NCBI GenBank assembly: GCA_016875015.1
Contig: VGSJ01000006.1
Location: forward strand, 1-63,660
Source: Deltaproteobacteria bacterium
Lineage (GTDB): Bacteria; Desulfobacterota; Desulfobaccia; Desulfobaccales; 0-14-0-80-60-11
DNA: 63,660 nucleotides
Direction of reading: 5' to 3'
The notes beneath the pieces were generated by a model. That model did no database searches, had not been told where the DNA came from, and was given only the letters and a program-made list of their open reading frames with translations. Each line of letters starts with the position of its first letter. Within the stretch, counting starts at the first letter, position 1. Positions 1 to 8,965 of the stretch are shown piece after piece. A program made the translations under genes and the position numbers.

Positions 1-153
1 AAAGGCCCTTTCCCCTGGGCTGGCTGCTGCTACATCGTCGTCCCCAGATAGTAGCCCCACCATCCGGGAGCGGTCAAAGGCAGTTTATAAAAATGCGTTT
101 GGGCAACAGCCCGGGGAGCTTGGGAACCAGAGAATGGCTGAGAGCTGACCGCC

Positions 154-2295
154 TTAATCCCCCGGTTCACCCAGCATCTCCTCAAGGGCTTCTTCCAGGT
201 CGGCCGGCTGGATGAGCACCTTGGCTTCCCCGGCGCCCTCCTGGGCCAGTTCCGCCGCCACCGCCCGGCGCACCGCGGCCAGGGCCGCCTGGTTGCACAC
301 CCCGGCGATCTCGGCGCCGCTTAAGCCCTCGCTCTTGGCCGCCAGCTGTTTGGCGCTGACCCCCTTGGCCAGGGGTTTGCCCTTGAGGTGGACCGCAAAG
401 ATTTCCCGGCGGTCGGACTCATCGGCCAGGGGGATCTCGACAATGGCGTCGAAGCGGCCCGGCCGCAGCACCGCGGGGTCCATGATGTCCAGGCGGTTGG
501 TGGCTCCCAGCACCAGCACCCCCTTCAATTCCTCGATGCCGTCCAACTCTGCCAGGAACTGGCTGAGAACGCGTTCGGAAACATGGGAATCGGCGCCGCC
601 CACCCCCCGGGCCGGAAGCAGGGCCTCGGTCTCATCCAGGAAGATGATGCAGGGCGCGGCCTGGCGGGCGGTCTTGAAGATCTCCCGCACGCCCCGCTCG
701 GATTCGCCCACATACTTGGACATCAGGGCCGGCCCCTTCACCGACAGGAAATTCACCCGGCTTTCCGTGGCGATGGCCTTGGCCAACAGGGTCTTGCCGC
801 ACCCCGGCGGCCCGGACAGGAGGATGCCCTTGGGGGGCTTGATGCCGGCTTTTTTGAAGATGTGAGCATATTTTAAGGGCCACTCCACCGCTTCCTTGAG
901 GCGCTCTTTTACGGCCGTGAGGCCGCCCACGTCCTCCCAGCGGACATCCGGGACCTCCACAAACACCTCCCGGATGGCCGACGGCTCCACCTCCCGGAGC
1001 GCGGCCAGGAAGTCGTCCATGTGTACTTCCAGTTGGGCCAGTTGCTCATAAGGGATGGTGGCCAGGCCGTAGTCAATGTCGGGCATGAGGCGGCGCAGGC
1101 AGATCATGGCCGCTTCCCGGCACAGGGCCTCCAGGTCGGCCCCCACGAAACCGTGGGTGATCTCTGCCAGGTGGCTCATGTCCACGTCCTCGCCCAGGGG
1201 CATGCCCCGGCTGTGGATCTCCAGGATATCCAGGCGCCCGTAGCGATCGGGGATGGGGATGGCGATCTCCCGGTCGAACCGCCCCGGTCGCCTCAGCGCC
1301 GGGTCCAGGGCATTAGGGATGTTGGTGGCGGCAATGACAATGACGTTCTGGCGCTTGTTGAGGCCGTCCATCAAGGCCAGGAGTGTGGCCACGACGCGTT
1401 TCTCCACGTCCCCGACGACATTTTCCCGCTTGGGGGCGATGGAATCGATCTCGTCGATGAAGATGATGCTGGGTCCCTTACGTCCGGCCTCCTCAAAGAT
1501 CTTGCGCAGGTGGGCCTCGGACTCGCCATAGAACTTGTGCACCACCTCCGGGCCGCTCACCGAGAAAAAGTTGGCCTCGGTCTCGTGGGCGATGGTGCGG
1601 GCGATGAGGGTCTTGCCGCAGCCGGGGGGGCCGTGGAGCAACACCCCTTTGGGCGCGTCAATCCCTAAGCGCTCAAACAGCTCGGGGTAGCGCAACGGCA
1701 GCTCGATCATCTCCCGGATGCGCTGGAGTTGGGGCTTGAGGCCGCCGACGTCCTCGTAAGACACCGCCGCCCGCCGGGTTTCCGGGGCCCCGGCCTTGCC
1801 GATCACCAGGGTGGTGGTGGGGTTGATCAGCACCGGCCCCCGGGGGGTCAGGGCTTCCACCTTGAAATCCGCAGTGCGGCTGCCGAACAGGGTGGCCCGG
1901 ACGCGGTCTCCCTCCAGCACCGGCAGGCCGTCCAGGAGGCTGCCGATGTATTGGAGGTCCCTCTCGGCCGGGGTAATGGTGATGGGGGTGAGAACCACCC
2001 GTTCCCCGGGGCGGCAGGCGATCTTCTTCACCTGGACAAAATCATCTATCCCGGCGCCGGCGTTTTCCCGGCTGATGCCGTCCAACTGCATCCGGGACCG
2101 GCCCCGCAACTCCTTGTAGGCGGGCATGGCTTTGCAGACCGTGGTCCGCTTCCCCACGACCTCCACGATGTCGCCGATGGCCACCTGGAGTCTTTCCAGG
2201 TCTTCGGGCCCCATGCGGGCATAAGCCCTGCCCACGTCTTTGCTCAGGGCCTCCGTCACTTTCAGCTTGAGGGCCGACTCTTCAGTTTTTTTCAT
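154..2295 (-). CDS. CDC48/VCP-family AAA+ ATPase (GvpZ-like)
   Basis: 713 aa. N-terminal CDC48_N-like region (DVGRAYARM), two AAA modules each with Walker A GPPGCGKT, Walker B IIFIDE/IIFLDE and SRH motifs ALRRPGRFDR/VLRPGRFD. Confidence 0.93.
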   Translation of the reverse strand: MKKTEESALKLKVTEALSKDVGRAYARMGPEDLERLQVAIGDIVEVVGKRTTVCKAMPAYKELRGRSRMQLDGISRENAGAGIDDFVQVKKIACRPGERVVLTPITITPAERDLQYIGSLLDGLPVLEGDRVRATLFGSRTADFKVEALTPRGPVLINPTTTLVIGKAGAPETRRAAVSYEDVGGLKPQLQRIREMIELPLRYPELFERLGIDAPKGVLLHGPPGCGKTLIARTIAHETEANFFSVSGPEVVHKFYGESEAHLRKIFEEAGRKGPSIIFIDEIDSIAPKRENVVGDVEKRVVATLLALMDGLNKRQNVIVIAATNIPNALDPALRRPGRFDREIAIPIPDRYGRLDILEIHSRGMPLGEDVDMSHLAEITHGFVGADLEALCREAAMICLRRLMPDIDYGLATIPYEQLAQLEVHMDDFLAALREVEPSAIREVFVEVPDVRWEDVGGLTAVKERLKEAVEWPLKYAHIFKKAGIKPPKGILLSGPPGCGKTLLAKAIATESRVNFLSVKGPALMSKYVGESERGVREIFKTARQAAPCIIFLDETEALLPARGVGGADSHVSERVLSQFLAELDGIEELKGVLVLGATNRLDIMDPAVLRPGRFDAIVEIPLADESDRREIFAVHLKGKPLAKGVSAKQLAAKSEGLSGAEIAGVCNQAALAAVRRAVAAELAQEGAGEAKVLIQPADLEEALEEMLGEPGD

Positions 2296-2319
2296 ATTTT
2301 TTGTCTCTGGTTCAGGGGC

Positions 2320-2829
2320 TTAGCCCACGCACTTGATCTCCAAAATGCCGTTGTTGCAGGTCATCTTCATCTTCTCCTGGGGATAGCTCCGGGGCAGCAG
2401 GATCTCCTTGCGGTACTTCTTATCCCGTTTCTCAGCATAAATGGTGAGCAGGTCGTCCTTGACCGTAAGCTTCACGTCCTTGGTGCTGACGCCGGGCATC
2501 TCCGCCACCACCAGGGTGTGGTCCTTCTCCTCGAACACGTCCACCACGGGCTCCCGGATTTCCTGGACCACGGTTTCCCCGGACTTCTCGTCCCGGCGGA
2601 CGTTGCCGAAAGGTTCTACCTTGACTTCTTTGTCCCCCTTGTCGCCCAGGCCGACTTTCACGGAGAAGCCGTAGACGCCTTTCACGTCCCGGTGGTGCAA
2701 CTCCCCCTCGCCCTTCTTGAGCGCCTCTCCCTTGTCCGCCAGATCGCCCAGTTTCTCGATGAGGTTCGCCAGCCCTTTGAAGACTCCTCCGAAGCCCGAT
2801 TCCTCACCGCCGCCTTTTCTTTTAGTCAT
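2320..2829 (-). CDS. Hsp20/alpha-crystallin small heat-shock protein, archaeal/GvpH-like
   Basis: 169 aa. Contains VYGFSVKVG..FGN, EPVVDVFEE, AEMPGV and C-terminal NNGILEI, as in archaeal-type Hsp20. Confidence 0.88.
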   Translation of the reverse strand: MTKRKGGGEESGFGGVFKGLANLIEKLGDLADKGEALKKGEGELHHRDVKGVYGFSVKVGLGDKGDKEVKVEPFGNVRRDEKSGETVVQEIREPVVDVFEEKDHTLVVAEMPGVSTKDVKLTVKDDLLTIYAEKRDKKYRKEILLPRSYPQEKMKMTCNNGILEIKCVG

Positions 2830-4228
2830 GAGCCACTCCAGATTGGTTAATCCCGAACTGTTTCAACTTGGTATGTATAGTCTTATAATCTATCTGCAAT
2901 AGCCGTGCCGCCTTGGCTTTATTCCCCCGGGTATGCTTCAGGACCTGGAGCAGGATTTCCCGTTCTACGGTGACCACGCTGCGGTGGACGATCTCCCGGA
3001 GAGAGAACTCGTCCCAGGGCGTTCCCTGAATCTTGGGAGTGAAGGCCAGACCGGGCACCGGGGCGCGCTTGATATCCACATGTTTCTCGGTAATGATGTC
3101 GTCGGCCAGCAGCACCGCCCGGCGGATGACGGATCTGAGCTGGCGCACGTTCCCCGGCCAGTTGTAAGACAGCAGGGCCTCGAGGCAATATTCGGAAATC
3201 CGCTGGACGCTTTTTTTCAATTCCTTATTGGTGAGATCCATGAACCGTTTGGCCAGGTAGGGGATGTCGTCTTTGCGGTCCCGGAGGGGCGGAATGGTGA
3301 TGGTAAATTCATTGAGGCGAAAAAACAGGTCCTCCCGCATCTGGCCCGAGGTCACCAGTCTCTGGAGTTCCTGGTTGCTGGCCGTGAGCAGGCGGACGTC
3401 AATCTTAACCGGCTTGACCGCGCCCAGGCGCAGGACCGCCTTCTCCTGGAGGACCCGCAGCAGTTTCGCCTGGGCCCCCAGGGGCAGGTTGGCAATTTCG
3501 TCCAGGAAGAGGGTGCCTCCGTGAGCCGCTTCGAATTTCCCCGCTTTGGGGGCGCCGGCTCCGGTAAAAGCCCCTTTTTGGTAGCCGAAAAGTTCACTCT
3601 CGATCAAGGTTTCGGGAATGGCCCCGCAATCCAGGGGAATAAAGGGGGCGTCGGCGCGGGCGCTCAACTGGTAGATGGCCCGGGCCACCAGCTCCTTGCC
3701 GGAGCCGGTTTCCCCCTGGACGATGACGCTGAAATCCGATTGGGCCACCCGGTTCACTTCCCGGATGATCCGGGTGACGGCATCGCTGGGACCCATCATG
3801 ACCCGGAGACAATTGTCCGCCGAGATTTCTTCGGACTGGGACCGGCGCCGGCGGTCCCGTTCGGCCAGGGCGGCCCGCACCACCCGGACCACCTCTTGGT
3901 GGTCAAAGGGTTTGGCCAGATAATCGAAGGCCCCGGCCCGCATGGCCGCCACCGAGGCGGAGAGCTCGGCATACGCGGTGATGAGGACCACCGGCAGGTG
4001 GGGGTCGGTTTCCTTGACCCGCTTTAATACTTCCATGCCGTCGATGCCGGGCATCTTGGCGTCCAGCAGCAGCATGTCGGGCCTGGCCAACGGGACCTTC
4101 TGTAAGGCCGTCTCCCCGTCGTGGGCCACCAAGTTGGTCAGCCCCTCTTTGTTCATGAGGACTGAGAGCAAGGCGCTGATATCCCGATCATCGTCCACGA
4201 TGAGCACCCGGGTGGCGCTTGGGTCCAT
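2822..4228 (-). CDS. Sigma-54-dependent NtrC-family response regulator (GvrA-like)
   Basis: Receiver domain (LIVDDD...LLDAKMP...KPF), AAA domain (GETGSGKE, GAFTGA, LFLDEI, WPGNVRQL) and Fis HTH (GNKAKAARLLQI). Start moved to ATG 4228, behind a GGAGGA RBS. Confidence 0.93.
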   Translation of the reverse strand: MDPSATRVLIVDDDRDISALLSVLMNKEGLTNLVAHDGETALQKVPLARPDMLLLDAKMPGIDGMEVLKRVKETDPHLPVVLITAYAELSASVAAMRAGAFDYLAKPFDHQEVVRVVRAALAERDRRRRSQSEEISADNCLRVMMGPSDAVTRIIREVNRVAQSDFSVIVQGETGSGKELVARAIYQLSARADAPFIPLDCGAIPETLIESELFGYQKGAFTGAGAPKAGKFEAAHGGTLFLDEIANLPLGAQAKLLRVLQEKAVLRLGAVKPVKIDVRLLTASNQELQRLVTSGQMREDLFFRLNEFTITIPPLRDRKDDIPYLAKRFMDLTNKELKKSVQRISEYCLEALLSYNWPGNVRQLRSVIRRAVLLADDIITEKHVDIKRAPVPGLAFTPKIQGTPWDEFSLREIVHRSVVTVEREILLQVLKHTRGNKAKAARLLQIDYKTIHTKLKQFGINQSGVAHD

Positions 4229-4241
4229 ATTTCCTCCTGGT

Positions 4242-4895
4242 TCAACGATCACGGCGGAGCGGATAGATCACCTTTACGTTCGGGTGGAGGAACCGCTCCA
4301 ATGAATGCAGCATCCCCAGGAAGAGGATGCCGGTCTCGCCGCTTTTGAGAGTTTCATTAATCCGCTGGGCCATAAATTGATCCCGGCGCTGGAGCAGGGC
4401 CTCGCTCAAGGCGCGTCGCGTCGCCGCCACCCCCGCGGCCCGGGGTGGTTTGGCGGTCAGGGATTGCCTGGCCAACTGGTACTCCTGCACCAACAGATCG
4501 CCGGATTCGGTTCCCATGAGCACGGCCCCTTGGGCCACCAGGCGCAGCAGGAGCTGATGGTTCCGGCTGCCCGCCCGGGCCAGTTCGGTGACGATCTCCG
4601 CCTCCCGCCCGCACACGGGCAGGCCGTCCTGGTAGAGGCGCACCCGGTCAAAAGACAGGACCAAAGCGTCGAGGGCCGCCTCGATTTCCGTCCAGATCCG
4701 GTCTATGGCCGCGGTCTTGCGGGACAACCCGGCCCGCCCCACCTTCTCCAGGGTGGCCCGGGCCACCGATTCCTGGAGGGCCCCCATATCCGCCTGGGTA
4801 TGGACGATGGGGAGATAGATCAACCTCCGGGGATGACCACCCGCGAGACCCTCCCCGGGAATCGGGTTATGGGTGTGGCGTTGGTCAGCAGACAT
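4242..4895 (-). CDS. Conserved hypothetical protein (GvpY-like position)
   Basis: 217 aa with LIYLPIVHTQADMG, LYQDGLPVCG and RRDQFMAQRI..GILFLGMLH; co-oriented with the regulator, Hsp20 and CDC48 genes. Confidence 0.7.
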   Translation of the reverse strand: MSADQRHTHNPIPGEGLAGGHPRRLIYLPIVHTQADMGALQESVARATLEKVGRAGLSRKTAAIDRIWTEIEAALDALVLSFDRVRLYQDGLPVCGREAEIVTELARAGSRNHQLLLRLVAQGAVLMGTESGDLLVQEYQLARQSLTAKPPRAAGVAATRRALSEALLQRRDQFMAQRINETLKSGETGILFLGMLHSLERFLHPNVKVIYPLRRDR

Positions 4896-5367
4896 AAACC
4901 CCTATCATTCTCGCCGCCTTCGACGCGGTCTCATACCCGGCCGAGGGCGGCGGTGGGTTGCCAGCCATCCCTGGCGGATGGGGGAAAAACCAGAGGAACT
5001 TTCCTTGAAAGCCTCAAATCGCCTAAACCTTAGTCGCTCGTCGGTCATAGACTACCGGCCAGGCGGTTAGGAAGCATTACACTTCGCCAAATTACCGCTG
5101 GGGTGAAAAAATGGAGGTTAAGACATGGCCCAGATAGAAGTTTTTTCGGATAGCTCCCAGCTGATGCGGCCTGATTATCCTATCGGCCCCTTTAATAGTT
5201 TCATTAAATAATTTCCGCACCCGATTGGTAATATTGGCCTCTGGAGAAATTGCCCCGGGAAATCTCCTGGGCCACCGACACCAGGGGGTAATCTCCCATA
5301 TGATGGAGCGCTAACAGTGTCAGGGGAAATCGTCCGGTTTCATAAACAAACTGGCCAGGTAGGGGGA

Positions 5368-5590
5368 TGGCTTGCTCCCCGAAAACTAGACCAGCAGAAA
5401 TTTTAGAATCTCCTGAGCCCAAGGAGATTCGAAATGAAGAAAAAGCGGTTTACGAAAGAGCAGGTCATGGGGATTTTGCAGCAAGCGGATCGGGGTGAGC
5501 AAATCATCGGCGAGATTTGCCGGACGCCTGGGGTGTCGGAGCAGTACATGTATCGCTGGCGCCAGAGGTGTGGCGGGCGAAGGATGGGGC
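5368..5590 (+). mobile_element. Truncated IS3-family (IS407-group-like) remnant: left IR plus 5' part of orfA
   Basis: TGGCTTGCTCCCCGAAAACTAGACCA resembles an IS3 left end. It is followed by RBS AAGGAG and ORF 5434 MKKKRFTKEQVMGILQQ..GVSEQYMYRWRQ (HTH_Tnp_1-like), which degenerates after ~48 codons. No orfB. Confidence 0.8.
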
Positions 5591-5614
5591 AGGCGAGGCT
5601 TGATCACTGCCCTC

Positions 5615-5765
5615 TATCCACCCTCATAAAAACCGTTAGAGTGGGTTGATATGGATATCTTAATCTCTATCTAAGACCCTGGGGGCATTTAAAGTTTTAG
5701 TCGCAAGTGTCAGGTCTAATCTGATCTCGGTTTAATGATTGTCAACTCAAATCTTGGTCATTACA
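5615..5765. repeat. ~150-bp dispersed repeat copy A (putative transposon terminal repeat, end ...GGTCATTACA at 5765)
   Basis: Same orientation as 46884-47033 and ~85-87% identical by hand alignment (one 1-nt indel); the last 20 nt CTCAAATCTTGGTCATTACA are identical. Confidence 0.9.
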
Positions 5766-5803
5766 GATGAGACAACTTCCGTTTCAGAGGTCCTAACTCA
5801 GCC

Positions 5804-8800
5804 TCAACTCCCCTCCACCTTCTCGGCCGGGGGCGCCGCCGGGGGGGCAGGTTTCTTCCAGCGCTCGCTGAGTCTCTCGGTGATCACATAAAACACCGGC
5901 ACAAACGGGATGGCCAGGATGGTTGAGGCCAGCATGCCGCCGAAGACCACGGTGCCGATGGCCTGCTGGCTGGCCGCGCCGGCGCCGCCGGCGACCATGA
6001 GGGGCACCACCCCGAGGATGAAGGCGAAGGAGGTCATGACAATGGGGCGGAAGCGGCGGCGGGTGGCCTCCACCGCGGCCTCGGTGATGGACATGCCGTC
6101 TTCCCGCAGTTCCCGGGCGAACTCCACCACCAGGATGGCGTTTTTGCTGGCCAGGGCGATCATCAACACCAGGCCCACCTGGGTATAGATGTTGTTGTCG
6201 AAGTTCCGGACCATCAAGCCCAAGAGGACCCCCACCATGGCGATGGGCACCACCAGAATGACCGCGGCCGGGTTAAACCAGTTTTCGTATTGGGCCGCCA
6301 GCACCAGGAACACCAGGGTGATGGACAGGGCGTAGATGAAATAGGCCTGGCTGCCCACCTGCTGCTCCTGGAAGGAGGTGGCGGTCCAGTCGTAGGACAT
6401 GCCCCGGGGCAGGGTGTTTTGGGCCACCTGTCCCATCAGTTTGAGGGCTTCACCGGAACTGAAGCCCGGGGCCGCCCCCCCGAAGATGGAGGCCGCGGGA
6501 TAGAGGTTGTAGCGGGTGACTAATTCCGAACCCAGGGTCCGGTTGACCTTCAGCAGGGTGCCCAGGGGGGCCATTTCCCCTTTGAGATTGCGGACGTAAA
6601 GGCTCTTGATGTCCTCGGGTTGCAGGCGGTACGCCGCGTCGGCCTGGACGTAAACCTGGAACACCTGGTTGAACTTGTTGAACAGATTGACATACGTCGA
6701 CCCCAGGTAGGCCTGGAGGGTGTCGAAGACGTTGTTCAGGGGAATATTCAGGGACTCGGCCTTGGTCCGGTCGATGTCGAGATAGAGTTGGGGACTGCGG
6801 GCGCTGAAGGTGGTGGCCATGAAACCCAACCCCGACTGCCCGGAGGCGGCCCGCATGACTTCCATGGCCGCCTTCTGCAGTTCGGCCAACCCCAGGCTGC
6901 CCCGGTCCTCCACCATCATCTGGAAGCCCCCGGACTGGCCCAGGCCGGCAATGGGCGGCGGCACCAGCACCGCGACCTGAGCGTCCTGGATGGTAAAAAA
7001 CTGCCGCTGCAAGGCGCCGACGATATGGTCCTGGCTCAACTTGGACCCCCGCTTGCCCCAATCCTGGTAAATCACGAAAGTGGTCATAATGTTGGAGACG
7101 TTGGTGCCGTCCAGGATGGAAAATCCCCCCACGGTCACCCAGGCCTCGACGCCCTGCGCCTGCTTGAGGATGGCATCAATGGCCTCCGAGGTCTGTTTGA
7201 CCCGGGGTTGGGCCGTGCCTTCGGGCAGCCTGGCCAACACCATGCAGTAGCCCTGGTCTTCCGTGGGGAGAAACCCGGTGGGCTGCAGGGTAAACCGCCA
7301 GCCGGCCAGGGCAATGACGGCAATAAACACCAGCACCATGAGGGTAGTGCGCGCGACCATCCACTGAATGAGGACGACGTAGGCGTGCTCCACCACCGCG
7401 TAGCCCCGGTTGAACCCCCGGTAAAACAGGTTGGGTTCCTTCTTAACGTGGGGGCGCAGCCAGAGGGCGCACTGGGCGGGCTTCAAGGTCAGGGCGTTCA
7501 GGGCGCTGATGATGGCGGTGGCGGCAATGACCAGGGCGAATTGCCGGAAGAGTTGCCCGGTGATGCCCGGCATAAACGCGGCGGGCAGAAATACCGCGGT
7601 GAGCACCAGGGTGATGCCGATCACCGGCCCGGTCAACTCTTTCATGGCCTTGATGGCCGCCTCGCGCGGATGGAAGCCTTTCTCGATGTAAACCGAGGCG
7701 TTCTCGACAATGACGATGGCGTCGTCCACCACGATGCCGATAGCCAGGATGAGGGCGAACAGGGTCATTAAATTGACGGTGAAGCCCAGCAGGGCCATGG
7801 CCGCAAACGCGCCGATGATGGTCACCGGCACGGTGGTGGCCGGGACCAGCATGGCCCGCCAATTTTGCAGGAACACCATGATGACGATGAGCACCAGGAT
7901 GCCGGCTTCAAACAGGGTTTCATAGACCGCGTGAATGGCCTGGCCGATGAACTCAGTGGTGTCGTAATGGATGGCGTATTTCAGGCCTTCCGGGAAGGTC
8001 TGGCTCATCTCGACCATGGCCGCCTTGACCTTGGCGCCGACGTCCATGGCGTTGGCCCCGGGCAGGGCGTAAACCAGGATTTGGCCGGATTGCTTGCCGC
8101 TCAGGCCGCCAAAGTTGCTGTAATACTGCTGGTCCAAATCAACCCGGGCGATATCTTTCACCCGCACCAATTGCGCGGTTTCGCCTTGGTCGCGGCGCAC
8201 GCTTTTGACGATGATATCTGAGAACTGCTTGACGTCGGACAGCCTTCCCAAGGCGTTGACCGTGAACTGGAAGGCCTGATCCGGCGGCACCGGCGGGGCC
8301 CCCAGCCGACCCGCCACCACCTGGACGTTTTGCTGTTGAATGGCGTGCACCACATCCAGGGTGGTGAGATTGTAGTACTTGAGCTTGTTGGGGTCCAGCC
8401 AGACCCGCATGCTGTAGGGCCCGGCCCCGAAGACCTGGATCTGCCCCACCCCGGCCAGACGGCCCAGGGGGTATTGCAGGTTGATGATGGCGTAGTTGGA
8501 GAGATAGGTCGCATCATAGCGGTCATCGTCGGAGTAGATGCTGATCACTTGCAAGATGTTGGTGGAGACCTTGCGCACGGTGACGCCTTGCGCCTGCACC
8601 GTCTCGGGAAGCTGGGCGGTGGCGCCGTTCACCATGTTCTGCACCAGGGTCAATGATGTATTGAGATTGGTGCCCACCGCAAAGGTCACGGTGAGGGTGT
8701 AATTCCCGGAACTAGAACTGGTGGACGACATGTAAATGGAGCCTTCCACGCCGTTGACCGCCTGTTCGATGGGAACCCCCACCGTGTTGGCGATGACCTC

Positions 8801-8965
8801 GGCGCTGGCTCCGGGGTACATCGTGGTCACCTGGATGGTGGGCGGCACGATTTCGGGATACTGCGCCACCGGCAACGTGAACAGACACACCAACCCCAGA
8901 ATGACGGTGACGATGGCGATGACGTTGGCGAAAATCGGCCGATCAATAAAAAACTCGGAGATCAT
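5804..8965 (-). CDS. RND efflux permease, HAE1 (AcrB/MexF-like)
   Basis: 1053 aa. FFIDRPIFA start, GIVVDDAIVIVEN, KNAILVVEFA and RFRPIVMTS motifs. Confidence 0.95.
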   Translation of the reverse strand: MISEFFIDRPIFANVIAIVTVILGLVCLFTLPVAQYPEIVPPTIQVTTMYPGASAEVIANTVGVPIEQAVNGVEGSIYMSSTSSSSGNYTLTVTFAVGTNLNTSLTLVQNMVNGATAQLPETVQAQGVTVRKVSTNILQVISIYSDDDRYDATYLSNYAIINLQYPLGRLAGVGQIQVFGAGPYSMRVWLDPNKLKYYNLTTLDVVHAIQQQNVQVVAGRLGAPPVPPDQAFQFTVNALGRLSDVKQFSDIIVKSVRRDQGETAQLVRVKDIARVDLDQQYYSNFGGLSGKQSGQILVYALPGANAMDVGAKVKAAMVEMSQTFPEGLKYAIHYDTTEFIGQAIHAVYETLFEAGILVLIVIMVFLQNWRAMLVPATTVPVTIIGAFAAMALLGFTVNLMTLFALILAIGIVVDDAIVIVENASVYIEKGFHPREAAIKAMKELTGPVIGITLVLTAVFLPAAFMPGITGQLFRQFALVIAATAIISALNALTLKPAQCALWLRPHVKKEPNLFYRGFNRGYAVVEHAYVVLIQWMVARTTLMVLVFIAVIALAGWRFTLQPTGFLPTEDQGYCMVLARLPEGTAQPRVKQTSEAIDAILKQAQGVEAWVTVGGFSILDGTNVSNIMTTFVIYQDWGKRGSKLSQDHIVGALQRQFFTIQDAQVAVLVPPPIAGLGQSGGFQMMVEDRGSLGLAELQKAAMEVMRAASGQSGLGFMATTFSARSPQLYLDIDRTKAESLNIPLNNVFDTLQAYLGSTYVNLFNKFNQVFQVYVQADAAYRLQPEDIKSLYVRNLKGEMAPLGTLLKVNRTLGSELVTRYNLYPAASIFGGAAPGFSSGEALKLMGQVAQNTLPRGMSYDWTATSFQEQQVGSQAYFIYALSITLVFLVLAAQYENWFNPAAVILVVPIAMVGVLLGLMVRNFDNNIYTQVGLVLMIALASKNAILVVEFARELREDGMSITEAAVEATRRRFRPIVMTSFAFILGVVPLMVAGGAGAASQQAIGTVVFGGMLASTILAIPFVPVFYVITERLSERWKKPAPPAAPPAEKVEGS

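Noticed and set aside
1-63. Possible start of the next minus-strand gene (MVGLLSGDD...) at the window edge
   Set aside because: Too short to identify; I cannot call it gvpF/L from this sequence.
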